Source: Selaginella moellendorffii
Lineage: Eukaryota; Plantae; Lycopodiophyta
DNA: 64,000 bases
Direction: 5' to 3'
NCBI RefSeq assembly: GCF_000143415.4
Contig: NW_003314263.1
Coordinates: forward strand, 3,040,041-3,104,040
Each line of letters starts with the position of its first letter. Position 1 is the first letter of the stretch. The position numbers and the translations under genes were made by a program. Positions 63,001 to 64,000 of this stretch are shown in pieces. The notes beneath the pieces were generated by a model, which had not been told where the DNA came from, did not search any database, and saw nothing but the letters and a program-made list of their open reading frames with translations.

Positions 63001-64000
63001 CCTTCATGCAGACCAAACCCCTCTGGAAGACCATGCCCCCCACCTGATGTTCTGAAGCATCAACAGATGACCGTAATGCCTCATACATAAAATTGCGAGC
63101 TGCTTTCCAGGACAATGTCTTGTATCTTGCTCTCTCCTCTTCAATAGCATCTCAATCAGCATGTTGACAGCACCTCCTCTTGCAATAAGCAACTGTCGAG
63201 ACCATTCGAACCTCTATCACCATTTTCTGCCTTTTCGGTTCGTTGCTCAGATCCCTTTGGCTGCGCTTTAGGAAGGTGTACTTTCTTTTCCCATGAAGAG
63301 ATGTTCTGTCATCAATTGTAGTGGTGTTTGATTGTGAATCCTTCACATTCTCAAACACTAAATGCCTCAATTTCCACCGCACAATGCTTCCAATAGTCAG
63401 ACTGTTTTCTTCTGTGTCAACAACCTCTAAAATCGCAACTCTAATATCATCCCAGCCCAATTCTTGATTAGCAACCGCATCTCTTGGATTGACAACTGTG
63501 GCTAAGCCCTCAGCTACCACCTCCCCCTCGGGGTTGTTTAGAAACACCTTTGCCTGAATCCATGTAGCACGATTCTTAAGATCCACGGAGGGAACATGCG
63601 TCGCACTTGTGCTGTCCCCAACATTTGCTTTCTTCTGCAGATTTTTCAAGGCAACAACAACATTTACCCCGACGACCATCTCTCCTTGTTCAATAGCGAC
63701 CACATTCCCATCGAAGACAGTCTCTACTGATACAGCAGCATTGCCTTCCCCAAGCCTTTGACAGTGTATAACAAAGTTCCGATCCATAGACTCAAGGGTC
63801 CCTTTTGCAACTCTCTTCCCACCATTCAAAATGTAAACCTTTTCCCCAACCCTGAAGGCCATTTTGAAAGTGCAGAAAAGAAGTTAAGACCATACAAAAA
63901 ATGATTGGAGAATGGCCTAAATCATAACATACCAAATAGCATGAGGCCATATGCCATTATTCAAACATGCTATTGACACCCACGTGAAATTTCGCATTCA
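60002..64000 (-). mobile_element. TIR DNA transposon copy 2 (Sola-like); continues beyond the window
   Basis: Starts with the same TIR AAGCTCTATTTCGTTAAAGTGGGA, preceded by CTTA; contains a full-length transposase frame. Confidence 0.9.
60794..63862 (-). pseudogene. Sola-like DDD transposase, ~1020 codons in one frame with several stops
   Basis: ORFs 63862-63152, 62803-62210, 62188-61736 and 61588-60794 share one frame. Motifs VCMKAWRIIYGV, HGN, SKCDEC, CIIHDKMDQKK, LQTDNAGSENKN, GHTHEDID; two N-terminal VA(K/E)G beta repeats; C-terminal SH3/Tudor-like segment. Confidence 0.85.

Overview
Eukaryotic plant DNA with very short (about 40-65 bp) introns; the style fits a lycophyte such as Selaginella (inference). 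The first ~12.6 kb is genic: the DHFR domain of a probable DHFR-TS, a pollen Ole e 1-like gene, tRNA-Thr(AGT), AP-4 mu subunit, a secreted GGA/FxxN beta-helix + Pro-rich + root-cap protein with a decayed partial duplicate, and a pseudogene with coiled-coil/P-loop NTPase/restriction-endonuclease-like/PHD architecture. The remaining ~51 kb is a transposon nest. Its frame is a TIR DNA transposon (16542-43034; 24-bp TIRs, AGCT TSD; second copy from 60002) encoding a Sola-like DDD transposase. It also carries a divergent multi-exon cargo gene with a ParB/Srx-like domain and a degenerate beta-class N6A/N4C methyltransferase-like domain. At least 14 copies of a 20-bp palindrome (TGGCRTG-N6-CAYGCCA) lie in its introns and subterminal DNA. 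This transposase + ParB-MTase-like cargo + palindrome array is the best candidate for an undescribed system. Nested inside are TSD-bounded non-autonomous LTR elements. Elsewhere are 5S-bearing Cassandra-like LTRs, a self-priming Tf1/Tcn1-type element, hAT and gypsy remnants, and two assembly gaps. All domain calls come from reading motifs by eye; no database searches were run.
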